DNA from: Candidatus Moraniibacteriota bacterium
GTDB taxonomy: Bacteria; Patescibacteriota; Minisyncoccia; Moranbacterales; UBA2206
DNA length: 64,000 nucleotides
Reading direction: 5' to 3'
Assembly: GCA_026396175.1 (NCBI GenBank)
Contig: JAPLXG010000013.1
Span: 1,267-65,266 of the forward strand
Within the stretch, counting starts at the first letter, position 1, and each line of letters starts with the position of its first letter. Both the position numbers and the translations under genes were made by a program. The notes below the pieces were generated by a model. That model worked only from the letters and a program-made list of their open reading frames with translations. It was not told the DNA's origin and did not search any database. Shown piece by piece: positions 46,071 through 58,140 of the stretch.

Positions 46071-46610
46071 CTACCAGTCGGTATTTTCCGCAATAACCTT
46101 TCCAGCCTGAACTATTCTAATATTTCCATATTCCTTTTCCACTTCCTGAATTCCCTTCAATGTGAATTCTTTCCACAGCCTTCTTTTTGTTGCTCTAATC
46201 TCCTCTGTTTTTCCAGTAATACCTACGTGTTTTTCATACATGCTAGATAGTTTGTCATAGAGAAGCAGTAACTTAATGAAGGCACTCTTGCTAGGATACA
46301 ACTCTATCGCCTGTTGGAAATTTTCAAAGGTTAGCTCTTTCACAACGTCCTTTACTTCTAGCTCAACCCATTCTGGTAACTGAAGTGAAGTGTCCTCCAA
46401 AACATCATGCAAAATCAAAGCCTTGAATCCCAGCTCTCTTTGCTCATAGGGAACCTGCGTGTCAGCAATCAACATTGAAGCACACCATAACGGATGCATT
46501 ATATATGGCACCTTACCATCCTGACGATATGCTTGGTTGGTTATGTTATTCTCCTGATAGGCAGAATAAGCAAAATCCAGATATTTTTTTAGTTCTTCTG
46601 ATTTAATCAT
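46071..46610 (-). CDS. HD domain protein (paralog of 53291..53842)
   Basis: 179 aa. HPLWCA ... ALILHDVLEDT. About 75% aa identity to the second copy. Confidence 0.7.
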   Translation of the reverse strand: MIKSEELKKYLDFAYSAYQENNITNQAYRQDGKVPYIMHPLWCASMLIADTQVPYEQRELGFKALILHDVLEDTSLQLPEWVELEVKDVVKELTFENFQQAIELYPSKSAFIKLLLLYDKLSSMYEKHVGITGKTEEIRATKRRLWKEFTLKGIQEVEKEYGNIRIVQAGKVIAENTDW

Positions 46611-46636
46611 AAATTTTTATTTTCTATTCTTTAGAT

Positions 46637-47695
46637 TTATCCAAAATAATTTTCCACCGCAAACTCAAACTGTTTCAAAAACAGTTCTTTGAAATATGAG
46701 ATATTATTCTGCTCATAAAATAATAACGTCGCCTTTTTGTATTCACCTTCATCCATACTGCGATAAGAGAGAGGGCAAGAATTAAATGATTGCAAAATAG
46801 CGTTGCCACCCAAACGACGGGTACGCTTGTTGCCATCAACGAACGGCTGGATATAGGCGACGAGTAGCATCAGGATAATTGCTTTCTCAAAAACATCCTT
46901 GGTCTCGTTCACCAACTTGCAAGTTTTTTCCAAGGCCTCTTTTATCTGAAACTCATTGTCTAGCGGTTTGTAATTTGTGCCAGTTATTCCCACCAGAGTT
47001 TTTCTCAAGTTTTTTGTCACATTCAATCCATCCACCAGCAGAGAATGAATATTTTCTATCTTCGACACAGATATGGATTGAAACTCATTTTTATTGCTTC
47101 CGATATAATCCAAGGTCTTTTTATGATTGAGAATCATAACCGCTTCTTCCTTGGAATGACCTTCGGCTTCTTGTTGGTTTTTAATTAATTGCTCGGTTTC
47201 AAGAAGGCTATAGGTATTGCCCTCAATTTTTGACGATTTCCAACTGAAATCGATATTTAACCGCTCTATCTCTTTTTTTAATGCATCAGCTGGAATATCT
47301 TTTATCTTATCTTGATAAACTCCATTCAGCTCAGAGAGTTTCTTTCTTTCAGCATCAGTAAAAATATTTTTCAGTTGGTTGAAAATATCAAAATTAAACT
47401 TTTTGTTAATTTTCCTCTGGTCAAGATCTTGGGCAAAATATTTTTCAACATCAATCTTTTTTATAATCGGATATCTAGAAGAAAGTTGATAGCTAACAGC
47501 TCGCCCAGCTGTTCCTTGTCTTTCTAGCAAATTAAGTTCCAGCATTTTTTCCAAATCTCGGGAAATAGTCATTCTAGTCACCTGGCCCAATTCCTTGCCA
47601 ATATGCTCAACTATTTGACCCACAGAAACATGCTCTTTTTCTTCGACAAGAGAGAGAATAATTTCTTGCCTGCTGTTTAATTTTTCAGTTTTCAT
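46637..47695 (-). CDS. Fic family protein with N-terminal winged-HTH (DeoR-like)
   Basis: 352 aa. N-terminal HTH. Fic motif QPFVDGNKRTRR. Confidence 0.8.
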   Translation of the reverse strand: MKTEKLNSRQEIILSLVEEKEHVSVGQIVEHIGKELGQVTRMTISRDLEKMLELNLLERQGTAGRAVSYQLSSRYPIIKKIDVEKYFAQDLDQRKINKKFNFDIFNQLKNIFTDAERKKLSELNGVYQDKIKDIPADALKKEIERLNIDFSWKSSKIEGNTYSLLETEQLIKNQQEAEGHSKEEAVMILNHKKTLDYIGSNKNEFQSISVSKIENIHSLLVDGLNVTKNLRKTLVGITGTNYKPLDNEFQIKEALEKTCKLVNETKDVFEKAIILMLLVAYIQPFVDGNKRTRRLGGNAILQSFNSCPLSYRSMDEGEYKKATLLFYEQNNISYFKELFLKQFEFAVENYFG

Positions 47696-48194
47696 ATTTG
47701 TGTAATAGTAACATTTTTATGCCTTAAATGTAACATTTATGTTACAATCGGTCAACTAAAATACCGCCTATTTCTCCAAAATGGCTGATTTAAGCCCTAA
47801 TTATTGCAACATTCTAATCTTCCAATTTCCAGCGAGCCAACACAAAAAACACCCTGCCTACCGGCAGGCAGGCATTCAAGGTGTTTTTAATAAAGTTTAC
47901 CCTGTTAAATGCTCCGGGTACGGAATTTAACGGGGTAAATCACAAACTTTTGCGATTAGTCCAAAAAACGAAGTCTAAATCCTCTGAGAGATTCATTACT
48001 GAATCAATGCGTAAGGTGTACAATACCTACGGCTACAGAATTATTTAGCTCTGTTACACTTAGCTGTTACCCTGGATTGCTCCAAAATTACGACCAGCAA
48101 GTAAAATCCACATTCCACAACATTTAGTTTGACCCAAATGTCTTCCGCCAACTGGCGGGGTGCAATGCTCTAAGATTCTACCAATATCTCCCTA

Positions 48195-50124
<1,930 letters not shown>

Positions 50125-50446
50125 AAAAATATCAGAAGTAAACCCCTTCACCCACAAACTTGCGCCTGCGAGATATTAGGGTTTACCCCTCAGCCCGCTA
50201 GCTCTGTACTTGCGTACGAAAGTATCGTGGGTGTGGGGTAAATCTGATTATATAAAAGAAAATAAATTCTTTTTTATTTACTATGCCTCCGAAGAGTAAT
50301 AGTAAATATTTGAAATAGACTCGAATTTCTTCGTCACGCCATAGCTCCGAAGAGCGACGGCGGATATAGTCTTGATTTTACTCAAGACACGGACTAATCG
50401 CAAAAAATTGCGATTTCGTCCAAATCTCTGATTTGGTAACGAAATC

Positions 50447-50495
50447 GCATCCTGAGCAGAAAATTTTTGAAAAAAATTTTCTGTCGAAGGATCTC
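50447..50495. repeat. ATCCTGAGC-[AT hairpin]-GTCGAAGGATCT repeat unit in the 16S upstream region
   Basis: catcctgagcagaaaatttttgaaaaaaattttctgtcgaaggatct. Confidence 0.6.
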
Positions 50496-50790
50496 ACACC
50501 AAAAAGATTTGAACGTTTTGTTTCTCCAAATCAAAAGGTAAGACTCAGAGAAACTATTTAATTTTTAAAGTTCACAATGTTTTCTGTATTAACGAACAAA
50601 AAACACATCTCTGCGGACAAACATAATCATACGCAAAGATGTATCTTTGACTCACCCCTAGTTTTAAAAGTCGCTATGAGTATTATTTAATGCCTTATTT
50701 GCTTTTAAATAATTATATCTGGAACTCAACTGTCTTTAGCCATTGTAGAGCGCTTTTCGAAACCTGTCAAGGGGTAATTTTATGACCGCC

Positions 50791-51309
50791 TTAGGCATTG
50801 GCTAATGCCGATTTTTCCAGCTTGACTAGGCGCGTTTCGTGGCTTTCTAAGCACTCACCTGCTTTTCCGCTTTTTTCCTTGTTATCCACGAGCGTTGATT
50901 TGACATAATCCATATCTTCAATCAATAAATCTGTTTTTTCAGATAGCACGTCAACTCTCTCGGTTAAAACATCCACTCTGACAGTTAGAATCTCAACTTT
51001 GTCCGATAAATTATCAACCCTTACAGTCAAAACATCAACTCTGTCAGTTAGATTATTAACCTTTACACCCAATATATCAATCTTATTATCTATGACATCA
51101 ACTCTTTTGGTTAAACCGTCCACTTTTTTCGAGAGATCCGAAAGTCCTTCACCGAAAACCTTAAAATCACCTTTCACATTTTCAAGCACAGCATCAAAAT
51201 GCCTTTTCATCTCTTCGGTGCTCGTGTCAAAATACTCCTTCATTTCTTCAGATTTCGCATCGAAACGTTTTCCAACTTCTTCTAATAATTTTTTATTTTC
51301 TTCATTCAT
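50791..51309 (-). CDS. Coiled-coil protein with 11-residue VDxLTxRVDxL tandem repeats
   Basis: 172 aa. About eight repeats (KVDGLTKRVDV, VNNLTDRVDVL, VRVDNLSDKVEIL, VRVDVLTERVDVL ...). Confidence 0.55.
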   Translation of the reverse strand: MNEENKKLLEEVGKRFDAKSEEMKEYFDTSTEEMKRHFDAVLENVKGDFKVFGEGLSDLSKKVDGLTKRVDVIDNKIDILGVKVNNLTDRVDVLTVRVDNLSDKVEILTVRVDVLTERVDVLSEKTDLLIEDMDYVKSTLVDNKEKSGKAGECLESHETRLVKLEKSALANA

Positions 51310-51352
51310 AATAATATTTTAGCACTTCTGAAATTACAGTCAAATTCTCGAT

Positions 51353-52666
51353 TCACGGAGACAACCGCTCGTCGACGCGAGGCGGGTCGATTTCATTGCT
51401 CTTGCAAATCTTAGCATATTCCAGCGCACTAGGGCGGATTTTCCGTTTTAGTGTTTTGTAATCAATTTCGATAAGGCCAAAGCGTGGCCAAAAACCCTTA
51501 TCCCATTCGAAATTATCCAAAAGTGACCAATAAAAATAGCCACGCACGTCGACGCCTTCATCAATTGCTCGATGAATCCAAATGAGATGATTTTTAATAA
51601 ACTCTGCTCGCTTCTCATCTGCCACATCTGCTAAACCGTTTTCCGTCACATAAATCGGCAAATTATATTTTTTCAAATTTTTCAAAATATGATAAATTCC
51701 TTCCGGATAAATTTCCCAGCCCATATCGGAAATAATTTTATTATCATTCTTTATCTTTCCGGGAAATTTAACTCGGCTATGAAAATAATATTGCGCCGCC
51801 AAGAAATCGTTATTATTCTTGGTCATTTTCAAAAATTTTCTATTCACAAAATAATTGAAAACTTTAGCTGTGGCTCTATCGAAAAAAGAGTTGCTATTTA
51901 GCGGCTCAATAAAATGCAAAATATTAGCAAAACCAACCTGAAATTTCTGATTTATTTTTTTAATTTCAACATACGCCTGATTATGCGCATCCGCCAAAAC
52001 CCGATATACTTTCTGCGCGGCAAAAATATTTTTCTTTTGTGGTGGCCAATTGCCTGAGACATAGGCATTAGAAATAACAGAGGTCGGTTCATTAATAGTT
52101 ACCCAAAAATTAACCAGATCACCTAGCTTGCTGACAACATATTGGGAATAATAAGCGAAATTACACGCGAAATCCTTGCTTTCGCACCCGCCTTTTTCCT
52201 CAAGCCACAAAGGATTAGTCCAGTGCCACAGAGTCACAAACGGCTCCATCCCACGGGCTCTTAGAGCCTGGAGCACATGCCGATAATGTTCAATTTCCTG
52301 CTCATCAAATTTTCCTTCTTCCGGCTCAATCCGCGACCATTCAATCGAAAAGCGATGGGCATTGTGGTCCAAAGATTTCGCCAAATCAAAATCTTCTTCG
52401 AAGCGGTTGTAATGATCGCAAGCTCGGCCAGAAATATAGTTTTCCGGATCAAGCATTTCCGGAAATTTTTCCTGCTGCCAAGTTTGCCATTTCCCCGCCG
52501 CTTCTTTTGCCAATCGCTCAGCGTTATCTTTCTCCCACTGCGTCCAATCATTATTCGTTCCACCCTCAACCTGATGCGCCGCTGTTGCTGCGCCCCATAA
52601 AAACCCCGCCGGAAAAGTTAAAGCTTTTGACCCGTCACTGCTATTTTTTTTATCAAAATTATCCAT
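51353..52666 (-). CDS. Glycoside hydrolase family 1 (beta-glucosidase)
   Basis: 437 aa. FLWGAATAAHQVEGG. TINEP acid/base. YVTENG nucleophile. Confidence 0.85.
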   Translation of the reverse strand: MDNFDKKNSSDGSKALTFPAGFLWGAATAAHQVEGGTNNDWTQWEKDNAERLAKEAAGKWQTWQQEKFPEMLDPENYISGRACDHYNRFEEDFDLAKSLDHNAHRFSIEWSRIEPEEGKFDEQEIEHYRHVLQALRARGMEPFVTLWHWTNPLWLEEKGGCESKDFACNFAYYSQYVVSKLGDLVNFWVTINEPTSVISNAYVSGNWPPQKKNIFAAQKVYRVLADAHNQAYVEIKKINQKFQVGFANILHFIEPLNSNSFFDRATAKVFNYFVNRKFLKMTKNNNDFLAAQYYFHSRVKFPGKIKNDNKIISDMGWEIYPEGIYHILKNLKKYNLPIYVTENGLADVADEKRAEFIKNHLIWIHRAIDEGVDVRGYFYWSLLDNFEWDKGFWPRFGLIEIDYKTLKRKIRPSALEYAKICKSNEIDPPRVDERLSP

Positions 52667-52736
52667 AATATATTAAGTGCACTAACTTTCCAGCGGGGCA
52701 AGCCCTTCTGGGAATTTTAGTTTTTTATAATTCAAT

Positions 52737-53186
52737 CTACCTCATCATATTCTGAGGTATCTTTTCGCGGCCAGCTTCCTTTGTAGAAAAATAATCCCTC
52801 ACAACATCTCTTATAAATACTGAAAGATTCAACTTTTCTAAATTATCCTTTTGCGAAACAAGCACGTAACCCTGCCCTTCCATAACTGTAATTTTTTCTG
52901 GGTCAATGTCTCTAATAATAAAAAATGCGCATTTCTGACTTCTTCCGTGAATTTCGGGAACTAGAGAATAATCACAAAATTTCACAATACTTTCTCTCGA
53001 AACATCAATCACAAGTTCTTCTTTGAGTTCGCGAATAACCGCATCAAGCTCATCCTCACCCTCCTCAATTCCACCACCAAAAGTCGCGATTTTTCCAGCA
53101 TCACGGACGCCTGGTTTATCATCCCTCTGTTGAAGAATGATTTCTCCTTTTTTTGTCATCAATAATACTCCTACATATGGCTCCAT
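52737..53186 (-). CDS. NUDIX hydrolase
   Basis: 149 aa. GGGIEEGEDELDAVIRELKEELVID. Confidence 0.7.
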   Translation of the reverse strand: MEPYVGVLLMTKKGEIILQQRDDKPGVRDAGKIATFGGGIEEGEDELDAVIRELKEELVIDVSRESIVKFCDYSLVPEIHGRSQKCAFFIIRDIDPEKITVMEGQGYVLVSQKDNLEKLNLSVFIRDVVRDYFSTKEAGREKIPQNMMR

Positions 53187-53193
53187 AATTATA

Positions 53194-53286
53194 TCCCTAT
53201 TGCCAAATCATCCTCCGTGCAAATTGTATTTGCATTTCGATTGCTATACCGGCCATTTGTCCCAAGAAAAGTTAGTTTCATTTTTT
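53194..53286 (-). pseudogene. Internally deleted remnant of an MBL-fold gene (N-terminal 21 codons joined to the C-terminal approximately 9 codons)
   Basis: Encodes MKLTFLGTNGRYSNRNANTICTEDDLAIGI. Compare the 53891..54634 product, which starts MKLTFLGTNGWYSNRNANTICT and ends PNTICVEDDLVMEI. About 85% nucleotide identity to 54571-54637. Confidence 0.5.
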
Positions 53287-53290
53287 CATT

Positions 53291-53842
53291 CTACCACTTA
53301 GTATTTTCCACAATCGCTTTGCCCACTTGCACAATGCGGATATTGCCATACTCTTTTTCTACTTCCGCTATTCCCTTAATTGTAAACTCCTTCCACAATT
53401 TTCTCTTTACCTTTTTCATAACCGCATTATTAAAAACTCCAACATGGTTTTCATACATACTAGATAGCTCATCATAAAGCATCAAAAGTTTAATGAAGGG
53501 AGTTTTATTTTCATATTCTCTTAATGCTTGCTTTTGATTTTTAAAAGTTAACTCTTTCACGACCGCCCTCACTTCTGGCTCTACCCAGTCCGGCAACTCG
53601 AGTGATGTGTCCTCCAAAACATCATGCAAAATCAAAGCCTTGAAACCAATCTCGCGCTGCTCCCAAGGAACTTGTGTGTCGGTAATCAGCATTGACGCGC
53701 ACCAAAGTGGATGCATCATATAGGGCACTTTCCCATCTTGCCGATAAGTCTGGTCAGGAGTGCTAATATAATTTTCCTGATACGCGCCGTAGGCAAAATC
53801 AAGATATTTTTTGAATTCTTCTGATGTAATTTTTCCTTGCAT
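53291..53842 (-). CDS. HD domain protein (paralog of 46071..46610)
   Basis: 183 aa. HPLWCA ... ALILHDVLEDT. Confidence 0.7.
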   Translation of the reverse strand: MQGKITSEEFKKYLDFAYGAYQENYISTPDQTYRQDGKVPYMMHPLWCASMLITDTQVPWEQREIGFKALILHDVLEDTSLELPDWVEPEVRAVVKELTFKNQKQALREYENKTPFIKLLMLYDELSSMYENHVGVFNNAVMKKVKRKLWKEFTIKGIAEVEKEYGNIRIVQVGKAIVENTKW

Positions 53843-53890
53843 AAAAGCATTCCGCAGGAGCAGAGTTGCACTCTGCTTCGTATATTTACG

Positions 53891-54634
53891 TTATATCTCC
53901 ATTACTAAATCATCCTCCACACAAATTGTATTGGGAAATATTTTTTGCGCGATTTCTTGAGCAATATCCCGCTCTTTTTGACTCGGATAATCTAAGGCAG
54001 AAAAATGAGTTAGGATCAACTTTTTCACGCCAGCTTCTTTCGCCATTCGTGAAGCTTCCTCTGGATTGGCATGTCCCCAACTACCAGCTGAAACGTCTGA
54101 TCCCATCGAGCATTCATGAATCACAACATCGGCATTTTGCGCCAACGCTTTAGCATTGTCACAAATTCCCGTATCACAAAGATAGACAATTGATTTTCCT
54201 TCAATTTTCAAGCGATACCCAAAGCACAAGTCGACGTGAAAATTTTTTTTGCACTCATATGCAATTGGAATTTCATGTCGACCCTCATTAACTTCTTCAA
54301 TTTTAACCTTAAACTTTCTTTCATTGAGCGGAGCAGTAAAAGGATGATTGATGAATTTTTCCAAGTCCTTTCTTGCTCCTTTCGGACAAATAATTGTCAT
54401 GTCATTTTCAAAACGAAATTTGGTGAAAATATGAAATCCAACAATATGATCAATGTGCAAGTGTCTCAAAAATAGAACGATCGGTTTTTTGTCTTTGATA
54501 AACTGATCAAGCTTATGAATTCCATCTCCCGCATCAAAAACAATATAATTCTTTTCCGTCTCCAAAAGCGTGCAAATTGTGTTTGCATTTCGATTACTAT
54601 ACCAGCCATTTGTTCCAAGAAAAGTTAGTTTCAT
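53891..54634 (-). CDS. MBL-fold metallo-hydrolase (RNase Z/ElaC-like short form)
   Basis: 247 aa. LRHLHIDHIVGF. Downstream D and H ligands. Confidence 0.7.
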   Translation of the reverse strand: MKLTFLGTNGWYSNRNANTICTLLETEKNYIVFDAGDGIHKLDQFIKDKKPIVLFLRHLHIDHIVGFHIFTKFRFENDMTIICPKGARKDLEKFINHPFTAPLNERKFKVKIEEVNEGRHEIPIAYECKKNFHVDLCFGYRLKIEGKSIVYLCDTGICDNAKALAQNADVVIHECSMGSDVSAGSWGHANPEEASRMAKEAGVKKLILTHFSALDYPSQKERDIAQEIAQKIFPNTICVEDDLVMEI

Positions 54635-54684
54635 TTTTTATTTTTATACCAGCTACAAAATACCAAATACTTTATACTTTTCAA

Positions 54685-56010
54685 TTATTTCTTAGAAATA
54701 ATTGAGAGATTCCCCGGCATCCATTTGCGCAAAACTTCCGGCACCGTCACCGAGCCGTCTTCATTTTGATAGTTTTCCAAAATGGCGATCAGTGGCCGCA
54801 CTGATGGCAAAGCGGTATTGTTCAGGAGATAGGCGAATTTTTTGTTGCCGTCTTTATCTTTGTATTTCACATTCAAGCGTCTCGCTTGCCAATCGACAAA
54901 GTTCGAAGCTGATCCAGTTTCACCCCAACGATCCAGTCCTGGCATCCAAGCTTCCAAGTCAAAAGCGCGATATTTTCCTGGCGCCATATCTCCGGTGCAG
55001 ATTTGCAATTTGCGATATGGTAGTCCCAGCTCTTCGTGCATTTCTTCTGAAATTGCCACCATCTCTTCTTGCATTTTGGTTGCCGCGTCAATGTCAGCCG
55101 TCGAAACAACCACTTGCTCGACTTTGAAAAATTCATGCACGCGATAGAGTCCTTTGTTGTCTTTGCCATAATCCCCAATTTCACTGCGATAGCACGGCGA
55201 AAATCCACAAACCCTGATTGGCAATTTCGCCTCGTCGAGCATTTCATCTGAAAAATAGGCCAAAAGCGATGGCTCGGCGGTGCCGACCAAAAATTTCTTT
55301 TCTTTCGAATCAGCGCCGTCCATTTCTTTGTCGCGCGTGGCGATTTGGTAGATATTATCGCTAGCGCTATCATAGTCAGCGCCCTTGAAATAGCCACTGC
55401 CAAAAAGCGCAAAACCCTTGATCAGCGTTGGCGGAATAATTGGCGCGTAACCTTTTTCTACCATTTTGTTAAGTGCATACATCATGAGCGCCATCACCAA
55501 GAGCGACCCTTCATTTTTCAAATAATATCCCCGATACCCAGAAACTTTCGCCCCTTTTTCAAAATCCACGATGTCCAAATTTTCCGCCAGTTCAATATGC
55601 GTTTTTGGCGTGAAGTCAAACTTGCGAATTTCGCCTTTGCGATATACCTCCACATTGCCACCATCATCTTTCCCAATTGGCGTGTCCTCTGATGGAATGA
55701 TTGGCACTTGCACCATGAGCGTTTCAAATTGTTTTTTCAGTTCCGCATATTCCGGTTCCGCCTTGGCCATTTTTTCCTTGACTGCTTTCCCCTGCTCAAT
55801 CGCCACTTTCCGTTCGTCATCAGTTTTGCTGAGTTGCATCAGTTCATTCAGTTTATTTTTCTCCGCGCTCAAAAGTTCGATATATTGCAAAGACTCAACG
55901 CGTTTTTTGTCCACCTCCAAAAGTTCATCAAGATCCAGCTTGATGTTTTTGTTCTTAATTGCCTCTTTTAGTTTGTCCGCATTTTCACGGATGAATTTGA
56001 TGTCTAGCAT
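54685..56010 (-). CDS. serS: Seryl-tRNA synthetase
   Basis: 441 aa. N-terminal coiled-coil arm. Class II motifs (FRSE, GxGxGxxR-like). Confidence 0.9.
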   Translation of the reverse strand: MLDIKFIRENADKLKEAIKNKNIKLDLDELLEVDKKRVESLQYIELLSAEKNKLNELMQLSKTDDERKVAIEQGKAVKEKMAKAEPEYAELKKQFETLMVQVPIIPSEDTPIGKDDGGNVEVYRKGEIRKFDFTPKTHIELAENLDIVDFEKGAKVSGYRGYYLKNEGSLLVMALMMYALNKMVEKGYAPIIPPTLIKGFALFGSGYFKGADYDSASDNIYQIATRDKEMDGADSKEKKFLVGTAEPSLLAYFSDEMLDEAKLPIRVCGFSPCYRSEIGDYGKDNKGLYRVHEFFKVEQVVVSTADIDAATKMQEEMVAISEEMHEELGLPYRKLQICTGDMAPGKYRAFDLEAWMPGLDRWGETGSASNFVDWQARRLNVKYKDKDGNKKFAYLLNNTALPSVRPLIAILENYQNEDGSVTVPEVLRKWMPGNLSIISKK

Positions 56011-56087
56011 AAATTTAAATTGCTAAATTGTTATATTGCTAAATTGCTTTTTACAAACTACAAACTGCCACTTTTTTTATTTGTATC

Positions 56088-56356
56088 CCCTTCGCCCTTA
56101 GGAAGAAGCCTGCCTGCCGGTAGGCAGGGTGGCCGTAGGCCGGATGAGGGAGGAGCCTTTTGATTAATGATGAGTTAGCTTTGCTTAGATTATTCTTAAT
56201 ATACAGCCCTTGCCCTCACCTGTCATGAGTACATGACATCCTCTCCCGAGGGGAGAAGAGAAATTGAAGAGACTATTCCATAGCCTCACCTGTCACGAGT
56301 ACGTGACATCCCTGCCTACCGGCAGGCAGGCTCTCCCTAAGGGAGAGGAGGAATTC
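56088..56356. repeat. GC-rich multi-hairpin interspersed element, copy d (longest; carries two CCTGCC hairpins)
   Basis: Same module order as the 12521 and 16148 copies, with an extra cctgcctgccggtaggcagg near the 5' end. Confidence 0.85.
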
Positions 56357-56770
56357 TCATTTTATCTTCTCCAAATCACCATCCAAAACCACCGGCTGCA
56401 TTGCTACAAGTTCATCGTGATAGGACGACTCGGGAATCGGATTTAGTAAAAATATTTTCTTTCTTAGTGCATGTGCGAATCCCATTTCTAAAAAAGTATT
56501 TCCTCCGATATAATTTTTGATGCCGTTTTTGTCGAAATTACAAATCAAAATCGCATCCGACTTTTTTATTTCCTCATAATAGCCTCGAATCAAATCATGT
56601 TCAATTTTATTTTTAGCCGATTCGTCGTGCATTTCATCATGAGAAGCTAGCGCGGCATATTCATCGGTAAAATCCGGCAAGATAACTGCGTGACCGACTC
56701 CTCTTAATTTATTCCCAATCTCTAGCATTTCCTTGGAAGCCGTCATGCTTCCGCAAATGGTAACTTTCAT
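56357..56770 (-). CDS. Nucleoside 2-deoxyribosyltransferase / DNPH1-like protein
   Basis: 137 aa. MKVTICGSM start. GGNTFLEMGFAHALRKKIFL resembles the catalytic Glu region of that fold. Confidence 0.45.
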   Translation of the reverse strand: MKVTICGSMTASKEMLEIGNKLRGVGHAVILPDFTDEYAALASHDEMHDESAKNKIEHDLIRGYYEEIKKSDAILICNFDKNGIKNYIGGNTFLEMGFAHALRKKIFLLNPIPESSYHDELVAMQPVVLDGDLEKIK

Positions 56771-56774
56771 AGTG

Positions 56775-57176
56775 TTATTTTCTCAATTTCGACGACTTAA
56801 ACCTCTCCGGCTCGTAGCTTTTGAGCCGCACTATTTCTGCCTTAAGCTTAAGGTTCCCAAGCTTTTCTGTCAATTCAGCCAAATCTACCAGCTGGTCATA
56901 CCCAATCGCAATCACATCCGGCCGATACTTTTCAATCACGGCATATTTGTCATCAAGATTTCCCAGCACAACCTCATTAGCTATTTTACTCTCTTTTATG
57001 ATTCTCCGCCTTTCCTGTTCACTGTTCACTGATCGCTGCTTCCTGATCAGAAGCACAGTCTCATCTCTCGCCACCACCACAATCAAATATTCCCCCAGCT
57101 CTTTCGCCTGCTCCAAATAGCTCTTGTGCCCCGCGTGGAATATGTCAAACGTCCCAAACGCCATTACTTTTTTCAT
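56775..57176 (-). CDS. Cytidylyltransferase-family nucleotidyltransferase (TagD/RibL-like)
   Basis: 133 aa. FGTFDIFHAGH (HxGH) motif. Confidence 0.7.
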   Translation of the reverse strand: MKKVMAFGTFDIFHAGHKSYLEQAKELGEYLIVVVARDETVLLIRKQRSVNSEQERRRIIKESKIANEVVLGNLDDKYAVIEKYRPDVIAIGYDQLVDLAELTEKLGNLKLKAEIVRLKSYEPERFKSSKLRK

Positions 57177-57177
57177 A

Positions 57178-57627
57178 TTATTTTCTTACACCAATTTTAT
57201 CAAAACACTCAAAATAAGTTTCGCCTTCACTAATGACTTCAATAACTTTATATTTTCCTTTTGTGCAAATTTCCTCTCCTTCCAAAAAATGAGTGGCTTC
57301 TAGGATTATAATACTCGCTTTTGGTCTCGACAAAACTCCATTTCCCTCAGTCTCGATTAGTGGCACTTCCCCATGTAGCCAATAATTTCTCTGCTCTTTT
57401 TTAAAAAAATCATAAATCTTCCCCACTTCCAAACTCTCCGGGATACACTCCTCAATTTTTCGCTTGCCATTTTTATGCTCCGCAATATTGCGGAGCGCCA
57501 AATCCGGATTAAATTCAACTTTGATGCCCATAAATTTTGAAAGGTCACAAATTAATCCTCGCTGCAAAATTGAAGGCGTAAAAATAATTCTGCCAGCCTT
57601 TGTCGGTTGAGTTGTATTCATTATCAA
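57178..57627 (-). CDS. Hypothetical protein (start uncertain; may begin at the Met at 57534)
   Basis: 149 aa as listed. Overlaps the upstream gene by 83 nt unless a later start is used. Confidence 0.35.
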   Translation of the reverse strand: MIMNTTQPTKAGRIIFTPSILQRGLICDLSKFMGIKVEFNPDLALRNIAEHKNGKRKIEECIPESLEVGKIYDFFKKEQRNYWLHGEVPLIETEGNGVLSRPKASIIILEATHFLEGEEICTKGKYKVIEVISEGETYFECFDKIGVRK

Positions 57628-57889
57628 ACGCGAAATAATCCGCCAACATCTCTCGCACTCGCAATAATTCTTTCAAATGACTTGGATTTTTATCGCCATC
57701 AATTGTCAAATCCATCAGTTCCAGCGCCCGATCAAAAGCCATCCGGCTATATTCGGTGTTACCTTTATTTTTCCATTTGATCGTCCGCTCAACTTCACTG
57801 CCAATATTCGCCATCTGCTCAAAAAAAGAAAGCTTCTGCCAACCACCACTAGCTAAATTTTTATGTTGGTATTCTTTTTTTATAACCAT
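57545..57889 (-). CDS. Hypothetical protein, possibly MazG-like all-alpha NTP pyrophosphohydrolase fold
   Basis: 114 aa, helical, with LSFFEQMANIGSEVER. Weak resemblance only. Confidence 0.35.
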   Translation of the reverse strand: MVIKKEYQHKNLASGGWQKLSFFEQMANIGSEVERTIKWKNKGNTEYSRMAFDRALELMDLTIDGDKNPSHLKELLRVREMLADYFAFDNEYNSTDKGWQNYFYAFNFAARINL

Positions 57890-57891
57890 AA

Positions 57892-58086
57892 TTATTGTTT
57901 TTTATCATTTTTAATAAAATTTTCCACCGAACGATCATAAGTTTTTTCAACTTCTTTGGAAAAATAACAAGCCGGCAATTCGCCTTTTTCCCTGTGCTCT
58001 TTTATGCATTCACAACAAAAACCCTTAAGCTTGCAATCATAGGTGCATGGACACGCTTTTTTATTTTCTTCTTTCTTACATTCCAT
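57892..58086 (-). CDS. Small Cys-rich protein
   Basis: Start trimmed to [31 protein letters not shown]. Confidence 0.4.
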   Translation of the reverse strand: MECKKEENKKACPCTYDCKLKGFCCECIKEHREKGELPACYFSKEVEKTYDRSVENFIKNDKKQ

Positions 58087-58140
58087 AGTCCTGAACCTTG
58101 CCATACAAAATACTAAATACCATCTACTAGATACCAAATA

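Noticed and set aside
47700-48194. A tRNA or 23S gene in the spacer downstream of the 16S 3' end
   Set aside because: No acceptor or T-arm pattern was found on either strand and the next gene is a Fic protein. The 16S appears unlinked to 23S in this window.
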